The notes under the pieces: model-generated
Told to the model about the DNA's origin: nothing
Seen by the model: only the letters and a program-made list of their open reading frames with translations
Databases searched by the model: none
Translations under genes and position numbers: made by a program
In this document: piece after piece, positions 49,511 through 60,313 of the stretch
Layout of the letters: each line of letters starts with the position of its first letter
Numbering within the stretch: position 1 is the stretch's first letter
Origin: an uncultured delta proteobacterium
GTDB lineage: Bacteria; Desulfobacterota; Binatia; UBA9968
Reading direction: 5' to 3'
Length of the DNA stretch: 64,000 bases
Assembly: GCA_963755715.1 (NCBI GenBank)
Contig: CAVWLW010000074.1
Location: forward strand, 1-64,000

Positions 49511-50533
49511 TTACTTAGAAGGTTTGGATTTCTGATACTTGCGGTAATCGTAGCCAGTGGCCATGGCCAATAAAATGTCTTCCATCCCGCCGCTCTTTTC
49601 GCGTCTCAAAATCAATAAACGATCATAAAATTCTTTGAAGTCTTTATGGACGCGCTGGCTGTCCTCGGCAGCGCGAAGATAGAAATCTTTAAGCCGGGTC
49701 ACCGTAAAGCGCAGAGCCGAGAAGCGCAACTCGTTCGGAAATGAGTCCCATTCGGGCAGGGAAAGAGGGCGCAAGCTCTCGTAGCCCGAGATCAAGGCTT
49801 CGAACCGTTCGATGCGATAGCGATCCTCGATAAAGCAGAGGGCGTTGACGGCCGTCGCTAAATCGTAGATGAGCTTGCCACGGCAAGCCGCCTCGAAATC
49901 CATCACGCCGGTGAGCCGGTTCCCTTTGAACTTGACGTTGTCGGGAAATAGATCGCCGTGAATGATTCCTTTGGGAAGATTGTTATCGAGATAATTTTCT
50001 AGATAGGAAAACTCGTCGTCTAAAACCCGTACGATACTTTTTAGGTGTGACGGCATCTGCCGCCGCACATCTCGATAGATCGCGACGATGCGGTTGAACC
50101 CGAAGCGGTTGTCGATGCCTTTTTTGTAACTTCGGCCGATCAAATGCAGATTGGCAAGAGCATGTCCTAGCGTGCTCAAGTGTGTCGCATTCATGGCCTC
50201 GACGGGTAATTCAACGCCGTCGAGATGACGCGTTACGGTTACGCATTTTTCCTGAAATTCCAGATGATACCTACCGCTTTTGGTCTTAAGAGGTTGCAGG
50301 CAGGGAAAATTTTGTTTGCGAAGATGGAGCAGCAGGTCGAGCTCTTGTTTGACTTCGAGCTCGCTTTTGACTTCGTCGACCTTGGCAAAAAATTTTGCGC
50401 GCTTTGTTTCGATCAGATAATGGGTGTTTACCGACCCGGTACGTATGCCGCTAAAAGATACCAGGTCGCCGAGCGCAAACTCATCCACCAGTTTGGCAAT
50501 GTCCTTTTTTGATAGTGTCGTATAAATCGCCAT
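49511..50533 (-). CDS. thrB: Homoserine kinase type II (APH-like)
   Basis: MAIYT.L, GSVNTHY, LPKGIIHGDLFPDN, DFE, ALRF..TRL. Confidence 0.85.
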   Translation of the reverse strand: MAIYTTLSKKDIAKLVDEFALGDLVSFSGIRTGSVNTHYLIETKRAKFFAKVDEVKSELEVKQELDLLLHLRKQNFPCLQPLKTKSGRYHLEFQEKCVTVTRHLDGVELPVEAMNATHLSTLGHALANLHLIGRSYKKGIDNRFGFNRIVAIYRDVRRQMPSHLKSIVRVLDDEFSYLENYLDNNLPKGIIHGDLFPDNVKFKGNRLTGVMDFEAACRGKLIYDLATAVNALCFIEDRYRIERFEALISGYESLRPLSLPEWDSFPNELRFSALRFTVTRLKDFYLRAAEDSQRVHKDFKEFYDRLLILRREKSGGMEDILLAMATGYDYRKYQKSKPSK

Positions 50534-51057
50534 TCAACTGCTTTCTCTCATTCGAGCATTCCTGGAATCCTGAGATGCAGGCCGGCGCAGTCAAAAGAGC
50601 GCAGGCTAACTGCTCTATTTATAATGGAAAAATGGTCAAAGGTCAATAATGCTAGTTTTTTGTTTAGTTTTAACAGTAGCTTGGGATGTAAAAGACATCC
50701 TCCACATTGCTTATTTTGCGCGCACTTTGCGCGCAAAACTAACTTAATCACCCTTTAATCAGCGTGACCAATGTTATCTTCCCGATATGAATCACGGCAA
50801 TGAAACTGAGAGAATTTTAGCAGGAATCGACTCGCATCAAACTCAGACAACATGAGGACCCGCGACGGGTTAGGCTATCTGGGGCATCGGCTAAATCGAT
50901 ATTCGTTGAATAAAAAAGACCCTAGATCTTTGGTCCAGAGATTCTGGTTCTGATAGGAAAGGGGCCGCGGATAGAAGCGATTTGGCCGATTTCATTCACA
51001 TAGATCCAATATGGCCCCAAAAGGCAGTCTATGACAGGCGATATCCAAATTTTTTTC

Positions 51058-51087
51058 TTGACAATTGTGCTCAGCTTTTCCTAATCT
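51058..51087 (+). promoter_or_regulatory. Sigma-70 promoter for csp with long 5' UTR
   Basis: TTGACA-N18-TAATCT about 150 nt upstream of the csp ATG. Confidence 0.5.
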
Positions 51088-51240
51088 CGCCCCGAAAATT
51101 TAGGATTCTCTTTATTTATTCGAAGCTCACCTAAGCGTCAGAGGTGACACCGCCTTGCGCCAGTGCTGCGAGTGAAGAAGAGATGTACGGCATGGCTCCG
51201 TGGTATAACGCGCCGCTAACATCGCGCGCGAGGAGGTTTC

Positions 51241-51441
51241 ATGGCTTCGGGCAAGGTCAAATGGTTTAATAACGCAAAGGGTTACGGTTTCATCGAAAAA
51301 GAAGGCGGCGGCGATGTGTTCGTCCATTATAGTGCGATTCAAGGGGAGGGATTTAAATCCCTCAACGAAGGCGAGAGTGTCGATTTTGAAATCGCCCAAG
51401 GCGATAAGGGACCGCAAGCGGTTAACGTCGTGAAACGGTAA
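51241..51441 (+). CDS. cspA: Cold-shock protein
   Basis: [22 protein letters not shown]; GGAGG RBS. Confidence 0.97.
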   Translation: MASGKVKWFNNAKGYGFIEKEGGGDVFVHYSAIQGEGFKSLNEGESVDFEIAQGDKGPQAVNVVKR

Positions 51442-51700
51442 GTTGCCATAGAGCGGCCGGTGTGGCAAATAGCTCCGCGAAGTCGCTTTGACTTTTGCTG
51501 CTGCGGCTTTGCTATCCTTCCCATCTAATCAAGAGCATAATCGCTTGTGCGCTGCCTTAGAATCGCGTCGAGCGGTATAGCGATCTGGCTTCTTGCGCGT
51601 TCGAACGAATGCGGATTTGTTTATTCGACACAAAAAGAGTAATTTTCTGGTAGAGTAAGAGAGCGGTCAGATCGTCACCAAACGGTCAGCGGCTTTACGA

Positions 51701-52210
51701 ATGCAGCAAAATAATTCCGAAATTAAGTCCCATTATGGACAAGACAAGCTGCTCGCCGAAACGGTTGTTCTGACCCGTTTGGATAAGGCGGTGGGCTGGG
51801 CGCGCAAGTATTCCCTTTTTCCTTATCCCTTTGCTACCGCCTGCTGCGCAATGGAATACATGTCCCTGTCGATGTCGCCGTACGATATCGATCGCTTCGG
51901 TGCGCTGCTGCCGCGCTTCAGTCCGCGTCAAGCGGATTTACTTATGGTTATCGGGACCGTAACCCACAAGCTTTCACCCGTTTTAAAGCGAGTTTATGAG
52001 CAGATGTCCGAGCCCAAGTGGGTGATGGCTTTTGGCGCCTGTGCCGCCAGCGGTGGATTTTACGACAACTATGCGACAGTGCAGGGCATCGACCGGATCA
52101 TCCCAGTCGACGTTTACGTGCCGGGCTGTCCGCCGCGGCCGGAAGCCGTGCTCGACGGCCTGATGGAGTTGCAAAGCCGCATTGCTTCTCAGAAACAGCC
52201 GATCGGCTAG
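51701..52210 (+). CDS. nuoB: NADH-quinone oxidoreductase subunit B (stand-alone)
   Basis: TACCAME, SPRQADL, GACA.SGG, VPGCPPRPE. Confidence 0.93.
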   Translation: MQQNNSEIKSHYGQDKLLAETVVLTRLDKAVGWARKYSLFPYPFATACCAMEYMSLSMSPYDIDRFGALLPRFSPRQADLLMVIGTVTHKLSPVLKRVYEQMSEPKWVMAFGACAASGGFYDNYATVQGIDRIIPVDVYVPGCPPRPEAVLDGLMELQSRIASQKQPIG

Positions 52211-52314
52211 GTTCCCGCGCGTCTTCTGCATGTCGCTTCGATTGAAACGGAAGTCTTCCGCGCAGTGGATGAGGGACAGGAAAGTTTTCAATTTCCGTTA
52301 GCGCGGTTCTAAGC

Positions 52315-52623
52315 ATGGCTGAAGACAAAGATCCCTTGAAGTCTGCGCGCGGCGATTTTTATCATCAAGGCATTATCACTAAACTGTTTCCCTCGAACAA
52401 TACTGGCGTCGTGCGCACTGAAAATGGCCGCGAGCTAACTTTTTCCTACGAATTGGTGATACTCGTTGGCGAAGCCAAGTCGCCGCTCGATTTACATGTC
52501 GGTGAGGGAGTGGGCTATGACTTGGGATGGACCTCGGCGGGTCTACGAATCACCAAGATCAAGACTTATCCCAAATCCGATGTCGATGGCAGCGTGCCCG
52601 GTTCAGAAGGGCAACCCGGTTAA
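52315..52623 (+). CDS. Hypothetical protein with cold-shock/OB-fold-like pattern
   Basis: GIITKL....TGVV.TENG.EL.F...L.VGE.V.YDL. Confidence 0.6.
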   Translation: MAEDKDPLKSARGDFYHQGIITKLFPSNNTGVVRTENGRELTFSYELVILVGEAKSPLDLHVGEGVGYDLGWTSAGLRITKIKTYPKSDVDGSVPGSEGQPG

Positions 52624-53433
52624 CGCAAGAATCTGCCGGCCTAAAATCTCGCCGACGAAAACTCCCAAGAGCGCCATATAAAATAATCCGGTGGCGGCCA
52701 TGGTGTGCGGTATCAGCAGGGTGCGCCAAATCATCCAAGCTAGAATCAGCGGCGCGGCCTGGCCGACCACGAGCCTTGTTGTCAGCAGCATCGAATGATC
52801 CTGCCATAAATGCTGCATTGCAAATAAACTTTGTGGTGCGCCGAAAAGATAGAGTGCGAGGGGCGAACTCGCCAAGAACGCGCATTGCGCGATCAGCGCC
52901 ACCAGAAAGAATTTAAAAATACGAATAAAAGGATCGAGGCTTTGTCCGGTGTCGATGAGATACCAATGGCCGATCAACATGCCGACCGTAACGCCGCCGA
53001 GTAGAAGAGAGGAGAGGAAAAAAGCGGCTGGGTAGAGAACCGATTCGACCGAAAAAAAAGGCGCCTGGTAAAAACCATGCGCGCTCAGCGCCAAGCCTGC
53101 GGCGCCGATCAGCACGGTCGACGCAAAGCTCCGCGCGCGAAACGTTTGCCTTTCAATCCACAGGGAGATCATGTAGCAGGAAAAACAAACGATGAAAGCG
53201 ACGTGGAAAATAACTTCGAGAGCGATGCCCACACTAAACTGCCGCGATAAGGTTTGCCAGTAGAGCGAGCTCTTACCCGACAAACCGAGCAGCGCAATCA
53301 CGTAGAGAACGCCTGCCGTCGACTTGTAAAAAGCCCGTTCGATCTCATGAAACGGCGTGCCTGCCAGGGCAAAAAGGCCGCCCAAAGCGATCTGATAAAA
53401 GAAAATTAGAAAACTGCTGGAGAATCCTTGCAT
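52603..53433 (-). CDS. Polytopic membrane protein
   Basis: About 8 TM segments; GMLIGHWYL and MAATGLFY motifs. Confidence 0.8.
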   Translation of the reverse strand: MQGFSSSFLIFFYQIALGGLFALAGTPFHEIERAFYKSTAGVLYVIALLGLSGKSSLYWQTLSRQFSVGIALEVIFHVAFIVCFSCYMISLWIERQTFRARSFASTVLIGAAGLALSAHGFYQAPFFSVESVLYPAAFFLSSLLLGGVTVGMLIGHWYLIDTGQSLDPFIRIFKFFLVALIAQCAFLASSPLALYLFGAPQSLFAMQHLWQDHSMLLTTRLVVGQAAPLILAWMIWRTLLIPHTMAATGLFYMALLGVFVGEILGRQILALTGLPF

Positions 53434-53443
53434 GAAAGCTACA

Positions 53444-54175
53444 TTACGAGGCGGGCGCGTGCGGTTTGTCGGCGACGTGCATGCAGACGGCGCCGCTCAG
53501 AAACTTTCGTATGGTGACATGCTCGAATCCGGCGGCGCGGATGATTTCCGCGACTGTGGCCGGCGGATGAAACTGCCGTACGGAGTCGGAGAGATATTGG
53601 TAGGCGCTGCGATCCTGCGCGAGAAAGCCTCCCATGCGCGGCATTAAACAATGAAAGTAAATGGAGTAGAGAGTCGCAAACCAGCTTGGCTCGGGAGGAA
53701 ACATATCCAGAGAGACAAATCTGCCGCCGGGCTTGAGCACGCGCATCGACTCGGCGAAAAACAGCGGCAGATCGGAGACATTGCGTAGCACGAAGGCCGC
53801 CATGGCACCATCGAACTGTGCGGTTTTAAACGGCGCAAACATCGCGCTGCCCAGGACGAAGGCAGTGCTGGCGCCGTCCGCCGCGCGCGCCCGTTTGGCT
53901 TGCGCCAGATTTAACATGCGCAGCGAAAAATCCAGACCGACGAAATTTCCCTTTCCCTTGGCGATGGCCGCGGCATTCAAAGCGAGATCCCCCGTGCCCG
54001 TGCCGATGTCGAGAATGCGCGGCTGGGCGCCCCTCAGTACGGCGCGGATCGCTTGGCGCCGCCATCTGGCGTCGAGGCGAAAACTGATGATGCGGTTGAG
54101 CAGGTCATAACGGCCGGCGATCCGATCAAACATGTTTTGCACGGATCGGTCGCGTGAATGATTGACGGCGAACAT
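53444..54175 (-). CDS. ubiE: Ubiquinone/menaquinone C-methyltransferase UbiE/MenG
   Basis: MFDRIA.RYDLLN.IISF..D..WR, LDIGTGTGD, LRNV, AYQYL.DS. Confidence 0.9.
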   Translation of the reverse strand: MFAVNHSRDRSVQNMFDRIAGRYDLLNRIISFRLDARWRRQAIRAVLRGAQPRILDIGTGTGDLALNAAAIAKGKGNFVGLDFSLRMLNLAQAKRARAADGASTAFVLGSAMFAPFKTAQFDGAMAAFVLRNVSDLPLFFAESMRVLKPGGRFVSLDMFPPEPSWFATLYSIYFHCLMPRMGGFLAQDRSAYQYLSDSVRQFHPPATVAEIIRAAGFEHVTIRKFLSGAVCMHVADKPHAPAS

Positions 54176-54220
54176 CGGCTGAAATCTGAATGACGGAAAC
54201 CCGTGAGGAAGACCCGGGAG

Positions 54221-55264
54221 CTAGAAATCTCGATCGATGATCAGTTGGACTAGGCTTTTGAGGCCGTTGCGGTACATCGACGGTGGCAGCTTTTTTACTG
54301 CTTTCAGGGCCTCACGGGCATAGCGCTTGGAAAGCGACTTTGCTTCTTGGATGGAAGAACCGGTCTTGATCGAATCGAGGGCCGCGTTGATTTGCGCTTC
54401 GGTCGGCTTGCCGTTCTCGAATGCGCCGATGGTCGCCGGATCGCCGTCGATCACCGACAAAATGATCGGCAAAGCGGGATTGCCGTCACGCAGGTCCATG
54501 CCGATCGGCTTGCCCAACAGATCGATGTGGCCAACAACGTCGAGAATGTCGTCGACCATCTGGAAGGCAATGCCCATATTCAGGCCATAACTTTCAGCCT
54601 CGTCCACCAAGGAGGAATGCGCGCCGGCGAGGTAGGCGCCGACCTTAGCTCCGGTATGAAATAGGGAAGCGGTTTTTCGCTTGACGATCTCCAAATAATC
54701 TTCGACCGTGACGGCGCGGTTGCGATTGAAATGGCCTTGCAAGATTTCACCTTCGGTCAAGAGTGTGCAGGCGTCGGCGGTCCATTGAACCACCGTCTCG
54801 TCAAATTTGCCGGCAAACTCAAAAGCCTTGATGAAGAGAAAATCGCCCGTGACCAACGTGGACTTCAGGCCGAATTTCTTGAATGCGGATTCTTTGCCGC
54901 GCCGCGTTTCGGCGCCATCGATGATATCATCGTGCAACAACGTTGCGGTGTGAATCAGCTCGATCGCGGTGGCGATGTCGACAATATCCTGGGTGCGCTG
55001 GCCACCAAAGGCAAAATACGCCAAAAGTGTGACCATTGGTCGCACTCGCTTGCCACCGCTGTCGATCAGGTGGCTCGCGATGCGAGTCAGATCAAGCTCG
55101 CGCGACCTAACCGCGCGCACAAGGTTTTCTTCTACGAGCTGCAGCGACTCACTGACGCAACTGAACGGATCATCGGTGCCGTGAAGCAAGGGAATTCTCC
55201 GTTCGGCGCCGGGCACAACCGTCGAATCTGCTTGCAGGCTGCTCGATTTATTTTTTTGGATCAG
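54221..55264 (-). CDS. Polyprenyl diphosphate synthase; start uncertain
   Basis: GGKRVRP, LHDDIID..TRRG, KTASLF, FQMVDDILD. Confidence 0.92.
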   Translation of the reverse strand: MIQKNKSSSLQADSTVVPGAERRIPLLHGTDDPFSCVSESLQLVEENLVRAVRSRELDLTRIASHLIDSGGKRVRPMVTLLAYFAFGGQRTQDIVDIATAIELIHTATLLHDDIIDGAETRRGKESAFKKFGLKSTLVTGDFLFIKAFEFAGKFDETVVQWTADACTLLTEGEILQGHFNRNRAVTVEDYLEIVKRKTASLFHTGAKVGAYLAGAHSSLVDEAESYGLNMGIAFQMVDDILDVVGHIDLLGKPIGMDLRDGNPALPIILSVIDGDPATIGAFENGKPTEAQINAALDSIKTGSSIQEAKSLSKRYAREALKAVKKLPPSMYRNGLKSLVQLIIDRDF

Positions 55265-55553
55265 AGATACTCCGCGCGCTGGCGAGAAATCTATGAGAAA
55301 AATGGCATAGATCACCGATTTGGTCAAGCCAAGATGAGCTCTGCGCAATGGTCGCGCGACGGATCCCTCGCATCTTGACCGTCAGGCGCGACTAAATTCC
55401 TGGCAAACGAAATGGGAAATTCACTGCACGCGCCCATAATTATGGCGGTTTTTTCTTGACAAGAATGAGCGACCCCGAATATATAAACGCCAAACAACAT
55501 TCACGATTTGCTCGTTGGTAAAATATCCATCGAGCGCAGAAGGAGGGGAAGAC

Positions 55554-56249
55554 ATGGAGTTTACCTTATTTATGTTGCGGTGGCTGCATTTTCTGGCGGG
55601 TATTACGTGGATTGGAATTCTTTACTATTTCAATTTTGTTCAGACGCCGTTTTTTGCCGAGACAGAGGCGACGGTCCGGACGGGAGCGATTCAGAAACTC
55701 GTGCCGCGCGCTCTGTGGTGGTTTCGTTGGGGCGCGATGTTCACGTTTCTCGCGGGTATCGCGATCTACATTCTGCGCATGGGCGAGATGGGCGGGGGCC
55801 TCTTTTATTCCTCGTCTTACGGTGTGACGATCACCGTCGGCGGTTTGATAGGCACTCTGATGTTTCTCAACGTCTGGCTCGTGATTTGGCCCAACCAGCA
55901 GATCGTGATCGCGTCGGCCAATCAGGTCGCATCGGGCGGCCAAGCGTTGCCCGCTGCCGCGGGGGCCGGACGGCGCGCCGCATTGACTTCCCGCACGAAC
56001 ACTGTTTTTTCGATTCCGATGCTGCTTTACATGGGCGCCGCCAGTCACTACGCGCCGATGGTGCACCAGTCGGATTCTCGTGGATTTTTTTGGCTCTTGG
56101 TCATCGTGATCATTGGCGCAGTTGAGTGTAACGCACTGATCGGCACTCAGGGCCCGACCAAGGTTCCGCTAGACAGCGTCAAAGGCACGTTGTGGATCGG
56201 ATTCCTACTCGCGGGTATTCTTTTTCTCTTGACGCTCGGCTTGACTTAG
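55554..56249 (+). CDS. PuuD/Urate_ox_N-like membrane protein without a cytochrome c domain
   Basis: RWLHFLAGITWIG..YYFN, WFRWGA, MFLNVW..IWPNQ, SRTNT; GGAGG RBS. Confidence 0.8.
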   Translation: MEFTLFMLRWLHFLAGITWIGILYYFNFVQTPFFAETEATVRTGAIQKLVPRALWWFRWGAMFTFLAGIAIYILRMGEMGGGLFYSSSYGVTITVGGLIGTLMFLNVWLVIWPNQQIVIASANQVASGGQALPAAAGAGRRAALTSRTNTVFSIPMLLYMGAASHYAPMVHQSDSRGFFWLLVIVIIGAVECNALIGTQGPTKVPLDSVKGTLWIGFLLAGILFLLTLGLT

Positions 56250-56264
56250 ATGATGCATTTTTCT

Positions 56265-56606
56265 CTATTTGAGGTAGGCGGCTAAATACTGGATATCGTC
56301 TTTCAAGTAGGGAAACTGCGGCATTACTTTAGTGGGACGCTTGGGTTTGTAGTTGGGCGGATAAGAAGTGGTCAGGACCCGCGTCTCGATCAATTCTCTC
56401 GATGACCCCTTGATGGCAGGTCCGATCGGTCCATCTTTCGATGGATCGTTGTTGTGGCAAGCTACGCAGTTTGCGACGAAGACGGCTCTGCCCCTTGCTA
56501 AATCTGGATTGCTTCCGGATGCCGGTGCGTCGTTGGAGTCCTTCGAGCAGGCAACAAAGCCAGCAGCGACCAAACTGATCAACAAGAGTATCCACAATAG
56601 TTTCAT
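56265..56606 (-). CDS. Monohaem cytochrome c, probable lipoprotein
   Basis: Signal ..FVAC, CVACH, GP, distal MP. Confidence 0.88.
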   Translation of the reverse strand: MKLLWILLLISLVAAGFVACSKDSNDAPASGSNPDLARGRAVFVANCVACHNNDPSKDGPIGPAIKGSSRELIETRVLTTSYPPNYKPKRPTKVMPQFPYLKDDIQYLAAYLK

Positions 56607-56855
56607 AGGGCGCTCGATTGGCAGCGTGTTCAAATACTCCGTCCGTGGACAACTTCGTAAGTGCCGCGCCTCGTTGATGCGAGCACAGGCGCATCGCGAG
56701 CTTCTCTAGAGAATCTTCACTTCCAAATAGTATGGAATGGCGCGGCATCCAGCCGAACGATCACGTGAGCACGCGATGATAGCATTGCCGCGAGGATCAG
56801 TGGAAGCAGGTTAGTCGATAGAGAAACTCGGGTTTGTATGATAGAAATCGATTGT

Positions 56856-56942
56856 TGGTGCGAAAGGGGGGAATTGAACCCCCACGGCCTTTCAGCCACA
56901 GGATCCTGAATCCTGCGCGTCTACCAATTCCGCCACTTTCGC
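56856..56942 (-). tRNA. tRNA-Leu(CAG)
   Basis: GCGAAAGTGGCGGAATTGGTAGACGC...TTCAGGA...long variable arm...CCA. Confidence 0.96.
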
Positions 56943-57027
56943 CAACTTGGTCAACATCCGTTTGTAAGCATTTTATCTAACTTGCGGTGTCGGCCTTGTC
57001 AAGTTTACAAAAACGGATGATGACTTT

Positions 57028-57507
57028 ATGAGCAAGATTTTTATTGTCCAGCCGCACAAAATGCTGCGCCACGCGTTTGCCATCGCTTTATCGCCGGATC
57101 ATGAGGTTGAGATTTCCAAAACCATGCCGGCGTCGGCGGATCTGCAAGGGAGCGATCTTGCGATCGTCGATGCCGCGTCGCTGCGCGAGCGCAGCTCATT
57201 GACGGCGCCGGAGCTTCATACGATTCAAAGCTGGAAGATTCCGATTATTTGGATTGACGACGACGTGGAAATCCAAGCGCCGACGCGGGATAAGTTGCTC
57301 CGTTTGAAAGCGCCGATCGATAAGGAGACGCTCAAAAAAACGGTGACGCAATGCTTGGGGCAATCAGATGCGAACCAACCGGCTCCCAAGACGAAAAGCC
57401 GCGCGCCAGCTGCTCTATCGAATGTCAAGCCGCCCGAGACGAAATCATCCCAGTCCGCGGTCGACGCGGAGAAGAAGTTTATCGAGTTAGTGGACATCGT
57501 CGAATAG
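57028..57507 (+). CDS. Hypothetical protein, possibly a degenerate receiver-like domain
   Basis: KIFIV..H.ML, DLAIVD, IPIIWI, LKAPID pattern. Confidence 0.6.
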   Translation: MSKIFIVQPHKMLRHAFAIALSPDHEVEISKTMPASADLQGSDLAIVDAASLRERSSLTAPELHTIQSWKIPIIWIDDDVEIQAPTRDKLLRLKAPIDKETLKKTVTQCLGQSDANQPAPKTKSRAPAALSNVKPPETKSSQSAVDAEKKFIELVDIVE

Positions 57508-57554
57508 CGGTCGGTTCAGACTGGAGCGGAAGAACAACAATCTACAATCCACCT

Positions 57555-60309
57555 ATGCAACTGTCCAAGGCTTACAGTCACAAAGACGTCGAATCAAAAT
57601 GGTACGCTCACTGGATGAACGCAGGCCTTTTTGCCCCGGCGAAAGGCATCGGTCGATACTTCTCGATCGTGATTCCACCGCCCAACGTTACCGGTTCGCT
57701 GCACATGGGCCACGCGCTCAACAATACGCTGCAAGACATTCTCTGCCGCTATAAACGCATGGATGGCTTCCGCGTGCTGTGGGTTCCGGGCACCGACCAC
57801 GCCGGTATCGCGACCCAAAACGTCGTCGAGCGGCAACTGGCGCAGAAGGGAATAAGCCGCACCGAGCTCGGACGGGAAAAATTTATCGAGAGAGTTTGGC
57901 AATGGAAACGGGAGGCCGGTGACGCAATCCTGCATCAGCTCAAGGCGCTCGGCGTTTCCTGCGACTGGGCTCACGAACGCTTCACGATGGACGAAGGGCT
58001 TTCGCGCGCGGTGCGCGAAGCATTCGTCAAACTCTGGGAGGACAAGCGTCTCTATCGGGCGCAGCGACTGATCAATTGGTGCCCGCGCTGCAAAACCGCG
58101 CTCGCCGACATCGAAGTGGTGCACGAAGAGGCTGACGGCAGTCTTTGGCACATTCGTTATCCCCTGGCCGATGATCCAGCACACGCCCTTATCGTGGCGA
58201 CCACCCGACCGGAAACCATGCTCGGCGATACTGCCGTCGCCGTGCATCCGGATGACGAGCGCTATCAAGGATGGGTCGGCAAAAAAATTCGCTTGCCAAT
58301 TACCGGACGCATCGTCCCGCTCATCGCCGACCCATTGGTCGATCGCGAATTTGGCACCGGCGTGCTGAAGATCACGCCGGGACACGATTTTAACGATTTC
58401 GACATCGGCGAGCGTTTCGGCTTGGATAAGGTCAGCATCTTCGACGCCGACGCGCGCATCGACGCCGCTTCGTTCTTGGATCGCGGTGAGAGCGGTGAAT
58501 GGATCGAACGTTATCGCGGCAAAGATCGTTTCGAAGCGCGGAAGTTCATCGTCGCGGAATTGAAGGAAAAGGGCTTTCTCGAAAAAACCGAGCCGCATAA
58601 GCTCGCGGTCGGTCGTTGCTATCGCTGCCAGACGGTCATCGAGCCATACTTAACGCCGCAGTGGTTTGTCGATATCAAGCCGCTGGCGGAGCCGGCGATG
58701 GCGGTGGTGCGCGAGGGCAAGATCAAGATTATTCCCGAAGGCTGGAGCAATTCCTATTTCGCCTGGATGGAAAACATCAAAGATTGGTGCATCTCGCGAC
58801 AAATTTGGTGGGGCCATCAAATTCCCGCCTGGTATTGTCTGCGCTGCGAGGCGTCGAACTTGATCAAAGGCGCGGACGGCGAATATCGGCTCGGCAAAGA
58901 TGCTAAACCGATCGTTGCGCGTGAGGTCCCGGCAAAGTGTCCGACTGTGTGGCGGCAAAGAACTCATTCAAGACCCCGACGTGCTCGATACTTGGTTTTC
59001 TTCTGGCTTGTGGCCGTTCTCGACGCTGGGTTGGCCCGATCAGACCGTGGATTTGAAGGATTTTTATCCAACTTCGACGCTTGTTACAGGTTTCGACATT
59101 CTTTTTTTCTGGGTTGCGCGCATGATCATGATGGGACTCAAATTCATGGGCGACGTGCCGTTTCGCGACGTCTACATCCATGCATTGGTGCGCGACGAAC
59201 AGGGACAGAAAATGTCCAAGTCCAAGGGCAACGTCATCGATCCGCTCGACGTCATGAGCCAATACGGCACCGACGCGTTCCGCTTCACGTTGGCCGCGAT
59301 GGCCGCCATGGGACGCGATATCAAGCTCGCCGAAGATCGGATCGCAGGGTACCAAAACTTCGTCAACAAACTTTGGAACGCCGCACGATTCGTGCAAATG
59401 AATTTGGGCGCGGCGGATGGCGCTAACGGCAATTCCAGCGGCGTTATCGACGATCGCGATCTCGGCTTCGCCGAACGATGGATTCGCTCGCGGCTCGCCT
59501 TTGCCATAGCCGAGGCGCGCAACGCGATCGACAGCTATCGTTTCAATGACTATGCGAACGTTCTTTATCAATTTACCTGGCACGAGTTCTGTGATTGGTA
59601 CATCGAGATGAGCAAGCTTGCGCTCAATAGCGCCGACGCCAACGTGGCGGCGCGAAGCCGAAAACTTCTGCGCGAATTGTTGGATCAGATTCTCTTGCTG
59701 CTGCATCCGGTGATGCCGTTCGTGACTGAAGAGATTTGGCAGGTGCTAGGCGACAACCGCACCAGTGTCATGGTGCAGCCTTACCCCGTCGCGCAACCGG
59801 GCTGGATTGACGAAGAAACTGAAAAGCAAATGACGTTCTTGACCGGAGTGATTCGCGCTATCCGTAATCTTCGCACCGAGATGAATTGTCCGCCGGGGAA
59901 AGAAGTGCGGGTAGTTTTTTGCGGAGCAGATGCGGATCTCGCTTTTCTGCGCGAGCAGGAAGCCTACCTACGTTCGCTCGCGCGGGTCGGCGCGTCCGAA
60001 TTTCGCCAAGCTGGCGACCGGCCCAAAGGCGCGGCCACCGCTGTGATCGGCGCCATGGAAATTTATTTACCGCTGGACGATCTCGTCAATCTCGACGAGG
60101 AGCGAGCAAGACTAGCCAAAGAAGTCGGCAAGGTCGAAGACGAACTGGCGCGAGTGCAAAAGAAACTAGCCAATGGTGATTTCCTCGCCAAAGCCAAGAC
60201 CGAAGTGGTGCATAAAGAGCGGGAAAAGGCGACCCAGTTCGAGGAGAAAATTCGCACGCTGAGAAGCAGCCTGGAGAAGATTCAGGAAATCCAGGCGGGA
60301 AGGAGCTAA
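57555..60309 (+). CDS. valS: Valine--tRNA ligase; frameshift near 58948 (likely assembly error)
   Basis: PPPNVTGSLHMGH, DWCISRQ, DVLDTWFSS, KMSKS; removing one base gives CPTCGG. Confidence 0.96.
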
Positions 60310-60313
60310 GCCG

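Noticed and set aside
58930-58960. Programmed frameshift or pseudogenisation of valS
   Set aside because: Essential gene with no slippery site; similar indels at ~722, ~14660, ~17630 and ~63576 indicate sequencing or assembly error. A read pile-up would settle it.
57594-59706. Long antisense ORFs opposite valS and other GC-rich genes
   Set aside because: Expected shadow frames from high GC3 codon usage; no motifs or RBS.
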